From: Octopus sinensis
Taxonomy: Eukaryota
DNA length: 64,000 nucleotides
Direction: 5' to 3'
NCBI RefSeq assembly: GCF_006345805.1
Contig: NC_043020.1
Coordinates: 18,166,001 to 18,230,000, forward strand
Translations under genes and position numbers: made by a program
Notes under the pieces: generated by a model
Database searches by the model: none
What the model was told of the DNA's origin: nothing
What the model saw: only the letters and a program-made list of their open reading frames with translations
Part shown: positions 37,101-50,525 of the stretch, piece by piece
Layout of the letters: the number at the start of each line of letters is the position of its first letter
How positions within the stretch are numbered: the stretch's first letter is position 1

Positions 37101-37560
37101 GTGACCAAACAACTACTTAGTTATGATCAGTTTAACTTTTGCAGTAAACTCAAAGTCGTATCACTGGATGTTACTGGACAAACAGTTTGAAAACCAATAA
37201 TCTCCACAACTTGCCCAGGCTTGTGCCTTAAGGCTACAAAGAGCAACTATTTTCTCGCCAATCCGATGATAGCCAACCAATTATGCATATGTGTGTGTGA
37301 TTTAAATGTGCACTGTTATGTTCATGTGTAAAGCCTCATGGTAATTTCTCAAATAACCTCCTAAAAGAGAGAGAAACATCATTTTGTTGATCAATGTTTA
37401 TATCATCAATATGTGGGAATATCTAGCAGTGAGCTGGCAAAAGCTGGGATTGATGTAGTAAACTAGCCCCCCCCCATCACCACCACAAATTTCAGGCCTT
37501 GTGCCTATAGTAGAAAGGAATGTTGTTGTTGTTGTTATTATATTATTATTATTATTATTA

Positions 37561-37934
37561 TCTCTATATATATAAACAGCAAAATGTCTGTCTGTGCGTG
37601 TGTGTGTATCCTTTATACAAATCCACAATTTTTCAGTTAGAGGGCTCGCAACTTCTATGGTCATTCAAAACCGTCCAAGGGTGGTCGTGCACATCTTTAC
37701 ATTTCCCTAGTCACCTCGCAAAGCCATTAAAAAATCAATAGAAGTGACTTTTTTGTGAATTTTCTATGCAAAACCCAATCAAAATGCCCGAAACCTGATA
37801 CATCAATTGAATGCCAGCTAGCTGTAGGTGATTGGTCGGAGATTTGGACAGTACTCGTGTGTATGTGCACACACACGCAGCTGTAAATGCATGCACTAGC
37901 TCTATGACCCGGCGACACTGGGTCATAGTGCTAG
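37561..37934 (+). mobile_element. Non-autonomous Helitron, 374 bp, inserted in a (TTA)n tract
   Basis: A|TCTCTATATATATAAAC...TATGACCCGGCGACACTGGGTCATA hairpin GTG CTAG|T. Confidence 0.9.
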
Positions 37935-38708
37935 TTATTATTATCATTATTATTATCATCATCATCAAGGCATCAAGCTGGCAAAATGTTTAGCAGCATT
38001 TCGTCAGTCTTTACGTTCTGAATTCAAACACTGCCAAGGTCAACTTTGCCTTTTATCCTTTCAGGATCAACGCAATAAATATCAGTTGAGCAACCGGGGT
38101 CGATATAATCGACTTACCTGCTTCCTCTGAAATTGCTGGCTTTGTGCCAAAATTTGAAACTGATATTTGGGGTGCAACTGGCAGGATTAGTAGAGCATCA
38201 GACAAAATAAATTGTGATATTTACTTATGCCAATATAATTAACACACACTGGCTCAAAGAAACCCAAATCCATCGGATGATAACATTGGCATAATGACTC
38301 TCCCTAGGCACAACAAAATTTGTTTCAACACAAATTCATGAAGAATCTTGCAAACCAGATACAAAACAAAGATATTTACTTGGTGTTAGGAAGGGCATCC
38401 AACTGTAAAAACCCTGTCAAAACAGGCACAGAAGTTTGGTGCAGGTTCCTGTCAGGCCAGCTCCACAAAACTATCCAACCCATGCCAGCATGGAAGGTGG
38501 ATGTTAAATGATGATCTCTTTATATTCTGCTTCCAGGGGTGATAAAATAAACACCAGTCAAGTACTAGGACTAATTAAATTGAACGACCTAATCCCTCAA
38601 GATGTATAGGACTTGTGCCAATGTTAGAAATCCCTGTATCACCAACATACATATTCTTGGAATTTTATAACAATCTACTGATACGTTTTACAAACCCAGC
38701 AGACTCAC

Positions 38709-38757
38709 TCCACGACCATGATTCTTCTAATATAATTTCCATTCAATTCTAGAGTGC
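38709..38757 (-). other. Candidate 49-nt exon in unique sequence
   Basis: tttaatatttctctcAG|GCACTCTAG...ATGGTCGTGGA|GTGAGT: strong acceptor and donor. Confidence 0.45.
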
Positions 38758-39630
38758 CTGAGAGAAATATTAAACTGAACCTAGAACTTAACTGGTAGTT
38801 CTTTGTCTCAAACCAAGTGGAGCAATGCTTTCTCTGTCCTGCATTTTATATAGTATACTGGGTAGTCTCTCTCTCCCCACCTCTCAAATACATATATATA
38901 TATGCACACACACACAAAAATATAAATATATTTATACTTACACCCACACCAACAGAGTGGTTGTAAACAACTTAGGTGAGGGTTACTGATGAAGACAATA
39001 AATACTGTAATCCCTTGACTATTGCGAGTGTTACGTTCCAAAACCTCCCACAGAAATAATTAAAATCTACACAATGTACTGAGTGTGTAATAAGTGAATC
39101 GTGATATGGCAAGGGATTACTGTTCATACATATATATTATATATACCCACATGCACACACACATATTCATATAGCACCATCATCATTGGACAATTTGACA
39201 AGATCAAATGGACCAAAGAACCAGGTCTTGTTCCATTATTTCAGTTTTGGTGTGGCTACTATGGCTGGACACCCTTTCTTAATGCCAAGCACATTACATA
39301 GTACACTGGGCAACACACACACCTATATAGATTCTTTTATTCTTTTACTTATTTCAGTCATTTGACTGCAGCCATGCTGGAGCACTGCCTTAAAGGATTG
39401 TTTTAGTCAAAGAAATCATCCACAGGACTCATACATACATACATACATACATACATACATACAGACAGACAAAGAGAGAGATATCCACATATAAACATAC
39501 TCCCACACACATGTGTATATTCAAATTATATTGGATATATTTTAAGTATTAAATAACGTCCTCAAGTTTATAAATGTACAATTTATAAAAACATCTGAAT
39601 TCAAAACTTACACATCATGTGTGTGTGTGT

Positions 39631-39751
39631 GTGTGTGAAGTGGCCCTTTGACTTGTTGGATCCTTGTGAAATCATACAATCCATATCAGCATGGAAAGTA
39701 GAGAGATGATGTATATTATATTAATCTAAGGTACTTCAAAATATACCTATC
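39631..39751 (+). repeat. Dispersed direct duplication (partner 43831-43954)
   Basis: GTGTGTGAAGTGGCCCTT.GACTTGTTGGATCCTTGT...AAGGTACTTCAAAATATACCT in both copies. Confidence 0.85.
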
Positions 39752-41083
39752 TCTTACACTCACACACCATTTATATGGTTACTAAGACTCAAACGATAAT
39801 TAAAACACAGTTTTATTCAATCCACCTGTCTGATTTATTCACCTGTTTACAATATTCCACAAGTCTTTAGCTCATTGTTGTGCCACCCAAGACTGTCTTT
39901 TTTATTCCCTAAAAGAGGATAGATACCACCAGAGTGATTTTCTACCTTCTCTGAACCAACATATCTAGGTACCAGTGAAGAAGCCATTGCTCTATAGAAC
40001 TCCCAGATGTCTAATGTCCTCATTCATGCCAACTAAAACCAAACTCCACCATGTGGAAAGTTGGCAGAATTGTTAGCACTCCATCTTTACATTCTGAGTT
40101 CAAATTCTGCCAAAGCCGACTTTACCTTTCATCCTTTCAGGGTCAATAAAGTAAGTACTAGTTGAGAACTGGAGTCGATGTAATTGACTTATCACCCCCC
40201 ACACACACAAATTACTGGCCTTGTGCCAAAATCTGAAACCATTATTAAAACCTGGATTATAGCTGATGAGGATTAAAATTCCAAATCAGTAACGATGATT
40301 AAACAGACTGATGATTAATATAATTCAAGCTATGACTATCCCCTATAAAATGCCAGACTACATTTATCCAATATGCTCTGTCTGAAGATGAAAGGGTGTG
40401 GCTGAGGGACATTTGGCTACTATTTCAAAAAAATCAGGCAACAATGTACAGACTTCCTCAAGATGATGACAACACTAGTGATGGTTTCCAGTCTGTGGCA
40501 AGATTTGATCTAAGCACTGCAATGCAAGCAGCTTACTGCAGTGAGTTGTATCTCCCTCCCAATAGTACCTTGTTACCGAGAAGCTGACAGATCAATTGAA
40601 AATTAAGTGCCTTTATCAATCATTGGTCTTCCAATCTATTGATTCAGCCAGCTACCATCACTCACTAAAGTTGAACAGGTTAAAACTGATTATCACCCTG
40701 TTACAAGAAAGCAAATTGAATCATCATCATTACATGCCTATTACTCATTTAATTGACTCTCGATGTATCAAACCAGGAAGGCTTTAAAACCTCAGTACAA
40801 AAAGGGATGAAATTATATTCTATAAAGCAGGCATGTAAGTCTAGGGGTTCATTATTCCTGCCATATTATTACTTTTATTCTCTTACTTGTTTCAGTCACA
40901 GGACTCTGATAATGCTGGGGCCAGAGCTTTGAGGGATTTTAGTCAAACTGACACTAGTACTTAGTTTAAGTTTCGTACTTATTCTGTCAGTCTCTACCAA
41001 TTGAACTGCTAGATTACAGAGATGAATAAAACCTATACTTGGTGTCAAGTGGTGGGGGGACACACACATGCACACACACTTAC

Positions 41084-41118
<35 letters not shown>

Positions 41119-41376
41119 TACACACACAAATGATACAGCTAAACATTTGACATCACTTAGGGGGAAAAAAATTTAATTTAGATAGAGAAATATAAATATA
41201 GTCTCTTTACAATTGTTTCTAAAATAACCAAGCATGTGGATCATGATATTGAGTAAGAATTCCATAAGCTGAGCATTCTGGTATCAGAGTGGGAGAAGTC
41301 ACAAAAATATAAAAATGAAGAAATATACCCAATCAGGGATGTTAGTGTATTCCTATATATATATATATATATATAT

Positions 41377-41556
41377 AAAGGGAAAGTTTACGAAAATAAA
41401 CAAAAGACGAAGGCAGGTGGAGTACAAACAAACAAATGTATTAGTATAGCGCTCAGGAATAGAAAAAGTCTTTTACGTTTCGAGCCTATGCTCTTTGACA
41501 GAAAGATACACAGAAAAAAACAAGGAGAGAAAAAAATGCATGTAGGAGCTAATGAT
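41377..41556 (-). mobile_element. Penelope-like element terminal fragment abutting (TA)n
   Basis: Minus strand TCTGTCAAAGAGCATAGGCTCGAAACGT resembles the PLE pLTR end motif (GAAGAG..GCTCGAAACGT). No ORF. Confidence 0.5.
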
Positions 41557-42252
41557 TACAAAATACAAAGTTATATCTTGAGATCGCTAGTGACAACAAC
41601 ACTCAAAATATATAACAAACTGGAATTGTAGTGCTCAATATATATAAGATATACATATGTCTGTGTGTGTGCATACATGTTATTTCAGCTGGGAGCATAG
41701 AGTTTTAAAATTAGTAAAATGAAACTTTTATCTTACAAAGCAAGGAATGAAACAATTGCAATGGGATGTTTAACAGAAGGATTTCACAGAATTATGGAAT
41801 TTTGTTGAATTTTGTAATCAAAAGGAAAAATACCATAATAGAAATTTATAACACTACCACCTATCTATACATACGGGAATAACACCTGTTTATATAATTC
41901 ATCACTTATAATGATAAATCATCAATAATAATTTGTGATTAACAAATAGCAAATGTTGACTTTCAGTATCATTTTGTCTGTTGATTTTTCCGTGCTTGCA
42001 TGGGTTTACAGCTGAATGTCCTTTCAGTAAGTAATCCTTATTGGTTTTTTCAAATATAGGATCTCTTATCCACATTTCTGTGAAGGCACAAAGCTAGCAG
42101 ACAATTAGTTGAAAAGGTAAAATGTTAATACCAGCAGTTGTAGTTCAGTGATTTGGGCAAAAGTACAACTGTAAACATACACAGATGCTTGCAAATGTAC
42201 ACACACACACACACATGTACATGAATGCATGCATACAAAAAGCTTCCCTACT

Positions 42253-42760
42253 AAAGCCCCTCACAAAACCTGATCAACCTTGGGCTGTAGTAGTAAACCC
42301 CCAAGGTGCCATGCAGTAGAATTGAACCTGAAATAATGTAGTTGGTAGGTGAACTTCTTAACTACATAGCCATGCCTGTGTTTCTCACTGTACATAATCT
42401 GAGATTTTTCTGTTTTGATAAAAAGCCCCTCACAAAACCTGATCAACTTTGGGCTGTAATAGAAAACCCCCAAGGTGCCATGCAGTAGAATTGAACCTGA
42501 AATAATGTAGTTGGTAGGTGGACTTCTTAACTACATAGCCATGCCTGCGTTTCTCACTGTACATAATCTGAGATTTTTCTGTTTTGATAAAAAGCCCCTC
42601 ACAAAACCTGATCAACCTTGGGCTTAGTAAAAAAAAAACCCAAGGTGCCATGCAGTAGAATTGAACCTGAAATAATGTTGTTGGTAGGTGGACTTCTTAA
42701 CTACATAGCCATGCCTGCGTTTCTCACTGTACATAATCTGAGATTTTTCTGTTTTGATAA
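42253..42760. repeat. Three tandem copies of a 169-bp unit (CORE-SINE head plus unique flank)
   Basis: AAAGCCCCTCACAAAACCTGATCAAC starts at 42253, 42422 and 42591, with a few substitutions between copies. Confidence 0.95.
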
Positions 42761-43830
42761 ATCAAATCTCTTTAAACATTAATGTTAATCTTTTCATGTG
42801 AATATCTGTACAAAATATTTACTACTGTATTTAGGTTGGCCAGGGCAATTTCTAACAAAAATGAAGAGATACCAATATGCAATATTTGATTTATCATAAA
42901 CAACAAGTGAAACAGCATAAACAACAATTGATTTAGTTAGTAACATAGACACGCTGAGTCTGCAGACTGAGGCATCTGACAAGGTGTCTGGCTAATAGGT
43001 TTACAATAAATATAGCTGATCAATCATCTGGGGTACCAGATCTCATTTGAAAAGGAAGAAACACTGGCAACTAAGTCAATCCTTTCTTATTTATTTATTG
43101 CTAGTACTTCTTGTTTTATCAGCAATTTGAAGAAATGAGAAGAAAAAGTCAATGCTGACGGGATTTAAACTTGGAAATGTGTTGCATCAAATCAGACATT
43201 ATAGAAAATTTGCTGTGTTTGAAAAATTCCACCACCATAGCTGCATATGTGAGCATATGCATGTGGTGGTGTGGGGGGAGGTATCCACACGTGACTCTTA
43301 AAGCAAGTAAGAATCTCGGTATAAAGACAAGTTTAACTTCTTAGCATTTAAACCAGCCGTATCTGGCCAAAATATTCTACCTGTTTTATGTTCAAACTGG
43401 CCAGACCTGGCCTCTCACACCTGCCCTACAATATCATTCTAAAATTAAATGTTACCTCTTCGAAACATCAAAGCTACAAGTTAATGCATGACCAATACAA
43501 AACAACGAGAGTAAATAAGCATTACTTCAAATAGAATAATGTGATGGATAAGGGGTTAAAAGCTCTATAATATATCTAGTAAGCTCTGCAGATCACAAGA
43601 TTTTAGTCAACACCCTTTAACCAACATAATCAACTTTTTTGATACCAACCTACTTGGGGACATTACCTAATTGCGTGATACATAACTTTTCATATGAAAC
43701 TGCTCATACTTAAATCATCCCATTACAATTTTATATGAGGTCCTCTTGGTTAAGTCATACAACAAACACCAGGTTAATAATGAAAAGGTTACTTAACTAA
43801 ATCCTTTTCAATGATTGATTCTTTCCTAGC

Positions 43831-43954
43831 GTGTGTGAAGTGGCCCTTCGACTTGTTGGATCCTTGTCGAACCATACAATCCATACCAGCATGGAAAGTG
43901 GACAGATGATGATGATGATTATATTAATTTAAGGTACTTCAAAATATACCTGTC
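43831..43954 (+). repeat. Dispersed direct duplication (partner 39631-39751)
   Basis: See partner; start offset 4200 bp. Confidence 0.85.
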
Positions 43955-45429
43955 TGAAGTACATTGCCAGCACATTCATTAAAAACAGTTGTGAGAGGTT
44001 CCAAAGATAATCAAACTATAGATGTGTGGACCCCTCCCGAAAGGTGTCACTAGCAAATACACAAGTCAAAAATGCCACAAATCAGCTGAAATGAACAGCA
44101 GCCAAGTGCTGATGCAGTCCTTTCTCTCCCTTCTGCTGTCACCTTATGAATGTTTTACTGGGTCATATGTACCTAAAACAATCAGCAGAAGCCTAGTTAT
44201 ATCCTACCAAGTTATCCTAGATTGGAAGTAGCAGCTGTAGCAATCATCATCATCCTCCTATGCCTGCATTCCAATGCTGAAACGGGTTGGAAGGATACTT
44301 GTGGATGGGGTCACTTCTAATTGGGAGACACTGCTCTCATACACTGGGACTCATACACAGGGACTCATACACAGCTCCTTTTGGCTAGGTTTTTAAGGCC
44401 GTGTACCTTTCCTATTGCCAACCACTTCACAGAATATAAGGGGTGCATTTTCTCATGGCAACAACATGAAAGAAAATACAAATCTTCAACCAATCAATGC
44501 TGATGTATGTCCAGTACACACTAAGCACAATGACTTTTGGAATCTCAGATACGTATATCCATCTTAAATTAGCTCCTACTGAGTCCAGAAAAAAATAAGG
44601 ACACGCAAACAGGTTTATAAGTATATATTTCCCAAGAACATCTGTAGAAAAGGAAGAGAATGGTAGCTCTTAGTTTGAGACTCGTTTCACAAGGAACTCT
44701 CCTCTTCCTCCTCCTCCTCCCCCCACCTCACTCTACATGGTTCACCACTAGTAACTGTTCAAGTCACTGCCAGATCGGAGCAAATAAAACTATCTAGTTG
44801 CTCACTTACTAACACACAACCACACACTCGATAATCATGATTAATTATTTCAATTAAAAGAAAAAAAATTTGTTACTTCCCTACTAAACTTGTGGTGAAC
44901 CAATGTTACCTTAGCACACATGATACAGTTACTAGTCATTTGATACAGTCAGTGTCTGCTTCTTTTTTTTTTTTTTTTTTTTTGTTATCCAGCTAATAAC
45001 ACTTTTTAAAAAATAAAAAAATTAAATTAATAACGATCATCTTATTTATTTAAATAACAAAACACCTATTACAAATATCACAGTAAACCGCACCCACCTC
45101 TTCCGACCTCACCTCTTCTTCCCCACTCTTCCATCTTCCAGCACCTAATTATGAATTCTCTACAACATGGCCTGAGTTCAGAAATGTTTAATGTTGAAAA
45201 TATTAATCAATCTGTGGACATTAATTACTATTGATTTCTTTCTCTCTCTCACTAAGTACACAGGCCTCTTCTCTCTAAAATTTCCAAGGATGGATATAAA
45301 AAATAAAAAATAAATGTGATGTTGAGGCTTTCATGCCTTTCCTTCCTTCACCTGTGTCAGTTGGCACAGAAATGTAGTGTAATGGATTTGACCTGTAACT
45401 GAAAAAAACGGGGTCAGACAACACATAAC

Positions 45430-45462
<33 letters not shown>

Positions 45463-45789
45463 GACGTAGCTTGCCAGGAGCCTGCCTCTTATTCTAAGCT
45501 ATGGCCACTTTCCACAGTGGACATAATTAATACTAATTAACAAGAAAATGATAATAAGCTATGACAACAATAGCCACTAAATATAGAAATTCTGCCTCTT
45601 TGCAGAAATAATTATTAGCAATAAAATATTCATTATGATTTCATCATTTTTCTATCTACATACATCTGTGTGTGTGTGTAAAATATTACAGATGAAGGAT
45701 TAAGGAATAACGACTGATTCTTTTCTTTGTTTTCCATTAAAAAAAAAGATGTTTTTTCTCTCTTAAACCTGTCTTCAAATCACTCCCTC

Positions 45790-46010
45790 CTGAGAAAGAT
45801 GATGATGATGATAATGACATTAATGATGATGCTGTTTATGCTGGAGTCGGTAGTGGTGATGAAAGTAGTGGTGGTGGTGGTAGTAATAGTAGTAGTAATA
45901 GTAGTAGTAGTAGTAGTAATGATAATGTTGGTGGGGATGATTGTAATAATGAATAGTGTTAATGACTGATGAATGATAAGATTGATGGGGACGACGACGA
46001 TGATGATGAC
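45790..46010. repeat. Compound trinucleotide repeat (GAT/GTA/GTG)n
   Basis: Directly visible. Confidence 0.9.
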
Positions 46011-46339
46011 AATGAATAGAAGACAACATTTGACATGAACACATCAGTAATAACAAAACATAAAAAAAAAAAATACCCCTAGCCACAGAAACCTAAATTT
46101 AACACCACCCACCTTTATCAAACATGTTTCCATCAAGCAGGTAATATCAAGTTGACACCAAATTCTATATTTCATAAATATAAATACCTTGGATTCTAAG
46201 TGAATGAATCTCTTATTGCAACTTTTATTATCTAGGTGTATCTCTTTATGTTTGTCTTAACAGCAAGCAAAAGAGGGGAGTAAATGCTCAACCAATCATT
46301 TATATATCAGACGCCAATAACATACTGTAATAGAATTCT

Positions 46340-46755
46340 ATGTGGCCTCTGTGCGTGTGTGTGTATGCGCGTGCGTGCGTGCATGAATATCTATAGATTA
46401 TGCACCTATGAATGTACTTTTATGTGTGCGCATATATCTGGATGCAACGTGCATCTGCATATGTGAAGTGTGTGTGTGTGTATATATAATACACACAATA
46501 CACATATGCAATATAGATACAACATACATGCATGCATGTGTGTGTTTGTGTGTACACACACATACAATATATATGCATATACATATATACACGCACAATT
46601 TACATGCATATATATATACACACACACACATATATACATACAATATACAGGCATATACGCATACAAAATACATGCATATACGTGTGTATGTATATATATA
46701 TATATTATATATATATATACATACATACATACATACATACATAAATATTTATATT

Positions 46756-46789
<34 letters not shown>

Positions 46790-46960
46790 ATATATGGAAG
46801 ATGTCTCTGTATGTAGAGGAAGACAGGGAAAGATATATATGTTAAGAGAAAGAGAGAGAGAGTGAGTGAATGAGATAGACAGATAAGAAGGATGCAACCA
46901 AGTAAACAGCCATGTGTGTGTGCGTGTATGTATGTGTGCATGTGCATACACATAATGCTA
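46340..46960. repeat. Degenerate CA/TA microsatellite complex
   Basis: Directly visible; explains the overlapping Y/I/C/V-rich ORFs. Confidence 0.92.
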
Positions 46961-47449
46961 TATAATGCATAGTCGACTACATTTCTCTCTCACATCCACC
47001 ATCTCCATTTCATACACAAAAGGACATATGCTCCCACCAGCCCCATCACCTTCCAATCTACAATCCACATCCCCACCCACTCTCCATCCTGCCACCACCA
47101 CCATCGTCGACATCGCCACCACCATCACCACCATCACAATGTTTCTTCCTCAGCTCCTGGCCATTCATGCCTCACAGTGTTCAGAATGTGTGAAGCACCT
47201 TCCTGACCTCACCTACTAGTTTGACCTTCCAAGACTACTGAATCTCTGAATCTCTCCATTTCCATGGAAACCTCACTAGATAACTATAGAAGGGAAACAC
47301 AGTAACCAAAAAGATAACATTCTATGGAAGGCTGGTGAGAGACACTTTTTCATCATATATTTCCTTTGTCTTTACATTCTTCTTCTGCCTCATTCTTTTT
47401 TTATATCATTTGGAAATGCTTTAAAAATTTTTTATTTAAATACATACAC

Positions 47450-47619
47450 ATACATATATATATATATATACACACACTTACATATATATATATATACATA
47501 GATACACACATACATATATATATACATATATATACACACACACATATATATATATATACATATATACACACATATATATATATATACATATATATATACA
47601 TATATACACACATACATAT

Positions 47620-47656
<37 letters not shown>

Positions 47657-47809
47657 TACACACATACATATACACACATACATATATATATATATACACA
47701 TATATATATACATATATATACACACATACATATATATATATACATATATACACACATACATACATATATATACATATATACACACATACATATATATATA
47801 TACATATAT

Positions 47810-47840
<31 letters not shown>

Positions 47841-48017
47841 CACATATATATATATATATATACATATATACACACATACATACATACATACATACATACA
47901 CCTACATAAACTATATATATATATATATAACATATATATATACATATACATATATATACATATATACACACATACATATACATACATATACACACATACA
48001 TACATATACACATATAT

Positions 48018-48059
<42 letters not shown>

Positions 48060-48170
48060 CATATATATATACATACACCTACATACACACACACAAACTA
48101 TATATATATATATACATATATACACACATATACACAATATACACAAGCACACACATAACGCATATATATC
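47450..48170. repeat. About 720-bp (TA)/(TACA) microsatellite complex
   Basis: Directly visible; the 293-aa and 220-aa ORFs are its translation. Confidence 0.95.
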
Positions 48171-49139
48171 TGCATAAAATGATGGTGGCAGTTGCGATGT
48201 ACATGTATGTGTGCATCATATTTATAAATCTCATACTAATTATATGAAATTGGGGGTGATGCACCCAGGTACCTCACCACCATTATTCTCTTGCAGCCCC
48301 TACTGATCTTTTCCCCTTTCTCTCTCTCTCACTTTCCCTTACTTGGATGTGCACAGCCATGCAGATCTCCCTAAAAAAAAAAAAATTTCATAGTAAACCC
48401 CTTGTTCCCTAGCGTCCTGCAAACTGCACAATGACCTCAATAGTGCAGGTGACATATCAAGGGCACCCGGTCCAAGGTGTGAAGTGGTTGGTATTAGGAA
48501 GGGCACTCAGCCTATAAAACCAGTATCAAAGCAGATATTGCAGCAACAATGCACTCCTTGGATCCATCAAACACTTAACTCTTTAGCATTCAGATTACTC
48601 CATCACATAAGATGTTTATTCATTCAAATTGTTTTGAATTAATCCGGCTTCTGTCTCATAGCTTTCAGATTTTAGAATGACATTGCAGGGTAGTTCTGAG
48701 AGGCCTGATCTGGTCAGTTTGAACACAAAACAGGTAGACTATTTGAGCCGTATTAAATACGAAAGGGGTTAAACTGTGCAACCCATGCCAGTATGGAACA
48801 TAGCTGTTAAACGAAGTTGATGATGGTGTGGATGTAGGTATCTTTAAAACAAAACTGGATTTCTTCCTGTCAAGGATTCCAGACGAGCCTACCTCATGGC
48901 AGGAAATGCAGATGAAGGTGGCAGCAGCATGAAACTCCCTCATTCACAAAATTCCACATATCAGAGGCTGTTTCAAATAGTGATGGTGTAGCAAAGCTAA
49001 TGGTGGTGCCCCAGCATGGCCACCACTCTGAAACTGGAACTAGTTACAGAGTTAAAAACTGATGATGATAATACATAGATATACATCACAGACAGCATGT
49101 TTGTAGGTCTGAGGCAGGGATGTGTCTGTGAATGATTTT

Positions 49140-49560
49140 ATGTCAACCAGTTGAGTGGCACAGCTTAGGATGATGCTGGTGAAGAGTTTGCCCAAGATGG
49201 AGAGGAGGCTGATACCCCAGGGGTTGTTGCAGATGAGTTTGTCACCCTTCTGTTTCCCGAAAGAGAGGATGATACCCCGGGTACAGTCATTTGGCAGTCG
49301 CTCTGATACTCATGCATGGCTAATGATGCAAGTGAGCCACTGGATCATGTTGTCTCCACCTGCTTTCAACATCTCCAGTGATAGTCCACATTCCAGGGGA
49401 TTTGCAGTTGTTGAGCTTCTTCAAAGCAACACTGACTTCATCATGGAGTGACAGAATCAAGTCTGCAAGTGTTGCTGGTTGCCACAGTGCCTGCAGTGAT
49501 GGTTTGGCTGGGATTGATTGACAGGTGGACCTGGTCAGCTCTATGCATGGTGACATCTCT
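49140..49560 (-). pseudogene. Degenerate RTE-type LINE reverse transcriptase (N-terminal RT domains)
   Basis: With frameshifts: DEVSVALKKLNNCKSPG/CGLSLEMLKAGGDNMIQWLTCII...LPNDCTRGIILSF.KQKGDKLIC.N..GISLLSILGKLFTSII. Confidence 0.85.
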
Positions 49561-50229
49561 GGGACCACTAACCTCGAATGACCCCAACCTCGTTAAGCAA
49601 GAGCATGAAGCAAGCAAATTAAATGGTACTTCTATGAATGTTATCTGGGATCCTTATGTGTGCAGTAACAGCACTGTCCCAGGATGTGGGAGCAATACAT
49701 TGCGTTCCACAGCTGAGCTTTGTATCGTATCAGCAGTTGTCTGAATGAGATTATTCTCCTGTCTGAGAATCAGTCCCAGTCAAGGATCTGCTTTCACTAG
49801 AAGAGATCTTAGGTGGTGGTGAGGCCTAACTTTTAGAACAAACAAGAAGACTCTCAACTCATGCTTAGGTGTTCTCTTGATACGAAGAGTGTACTTATGC
49901 TGAACGTCACAAGATTAACAAGGCCCAACAGGAGGATACTTTTGAGGTCCCCGATCATGGATTTGGTGTAAGTTTGGTGCATTGTGTTGGGGCTGCATGT
50001 GGATGATAGATTGTTAGGAAAGGTCACAGAGGACTTGATGTCATCTATATAAGAGCAGGCATTACTATTGCAAGTGACAAGATTAGCAAAGCCTAACTGA
50101 AGGATGTTTTCAAGGCCCACCATTCATAGAAATGGTGTAAGTTTGGCATATTGTGCTATGGCTGCACGTGGATGAAAGATGGTTGGGAAAGGTCGCAGAG
50201 AACTGAAAAGTGATGCCATCTGCATAAGA

Positions 50230-50525
50230 ACAAGCGTGGCACATAAAAAGCACCATCCGATCGTGGCCGTTGCCAGCCTCGCCTGGCCCCCGTGCCGGTG
50301 GCACGTAAAAAGCACCATCCAATCATGGCCGTTGCCAGCCCCGTCTGGCATGTAAAAAGCACCCACTACACTCACGGAGTGGTTGGATTTGGAAGGGCAT
50401 CCAGTCGTAGAAACATTGCCAGATCAGACTGGGCCTGGTGCAGCCTTCTGGCTTCCCAGACCCAAGTTGAACCGTCCAACCCATGCTAGCATGGAAAGCT
50501 GACGCTAAATGATGATGATGATGAT
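50230..50525 (+). mobile_element. RTE-tailed SINE-like element with about three internal units
   Basis: CGTGCCGGTGGCACGTAAAAAGCACC units plus the common tail and (GAT)n. Confidence 0.78.

Noticed and set aside
47366-48247. Longest ORFs (293, 224, 220 and 166 aa) and similar ones at 46.4, 51.2 and 61.9 kb
   Set aside because: Translations of TA/CA microsatellites, open on both strands, with no domain content.
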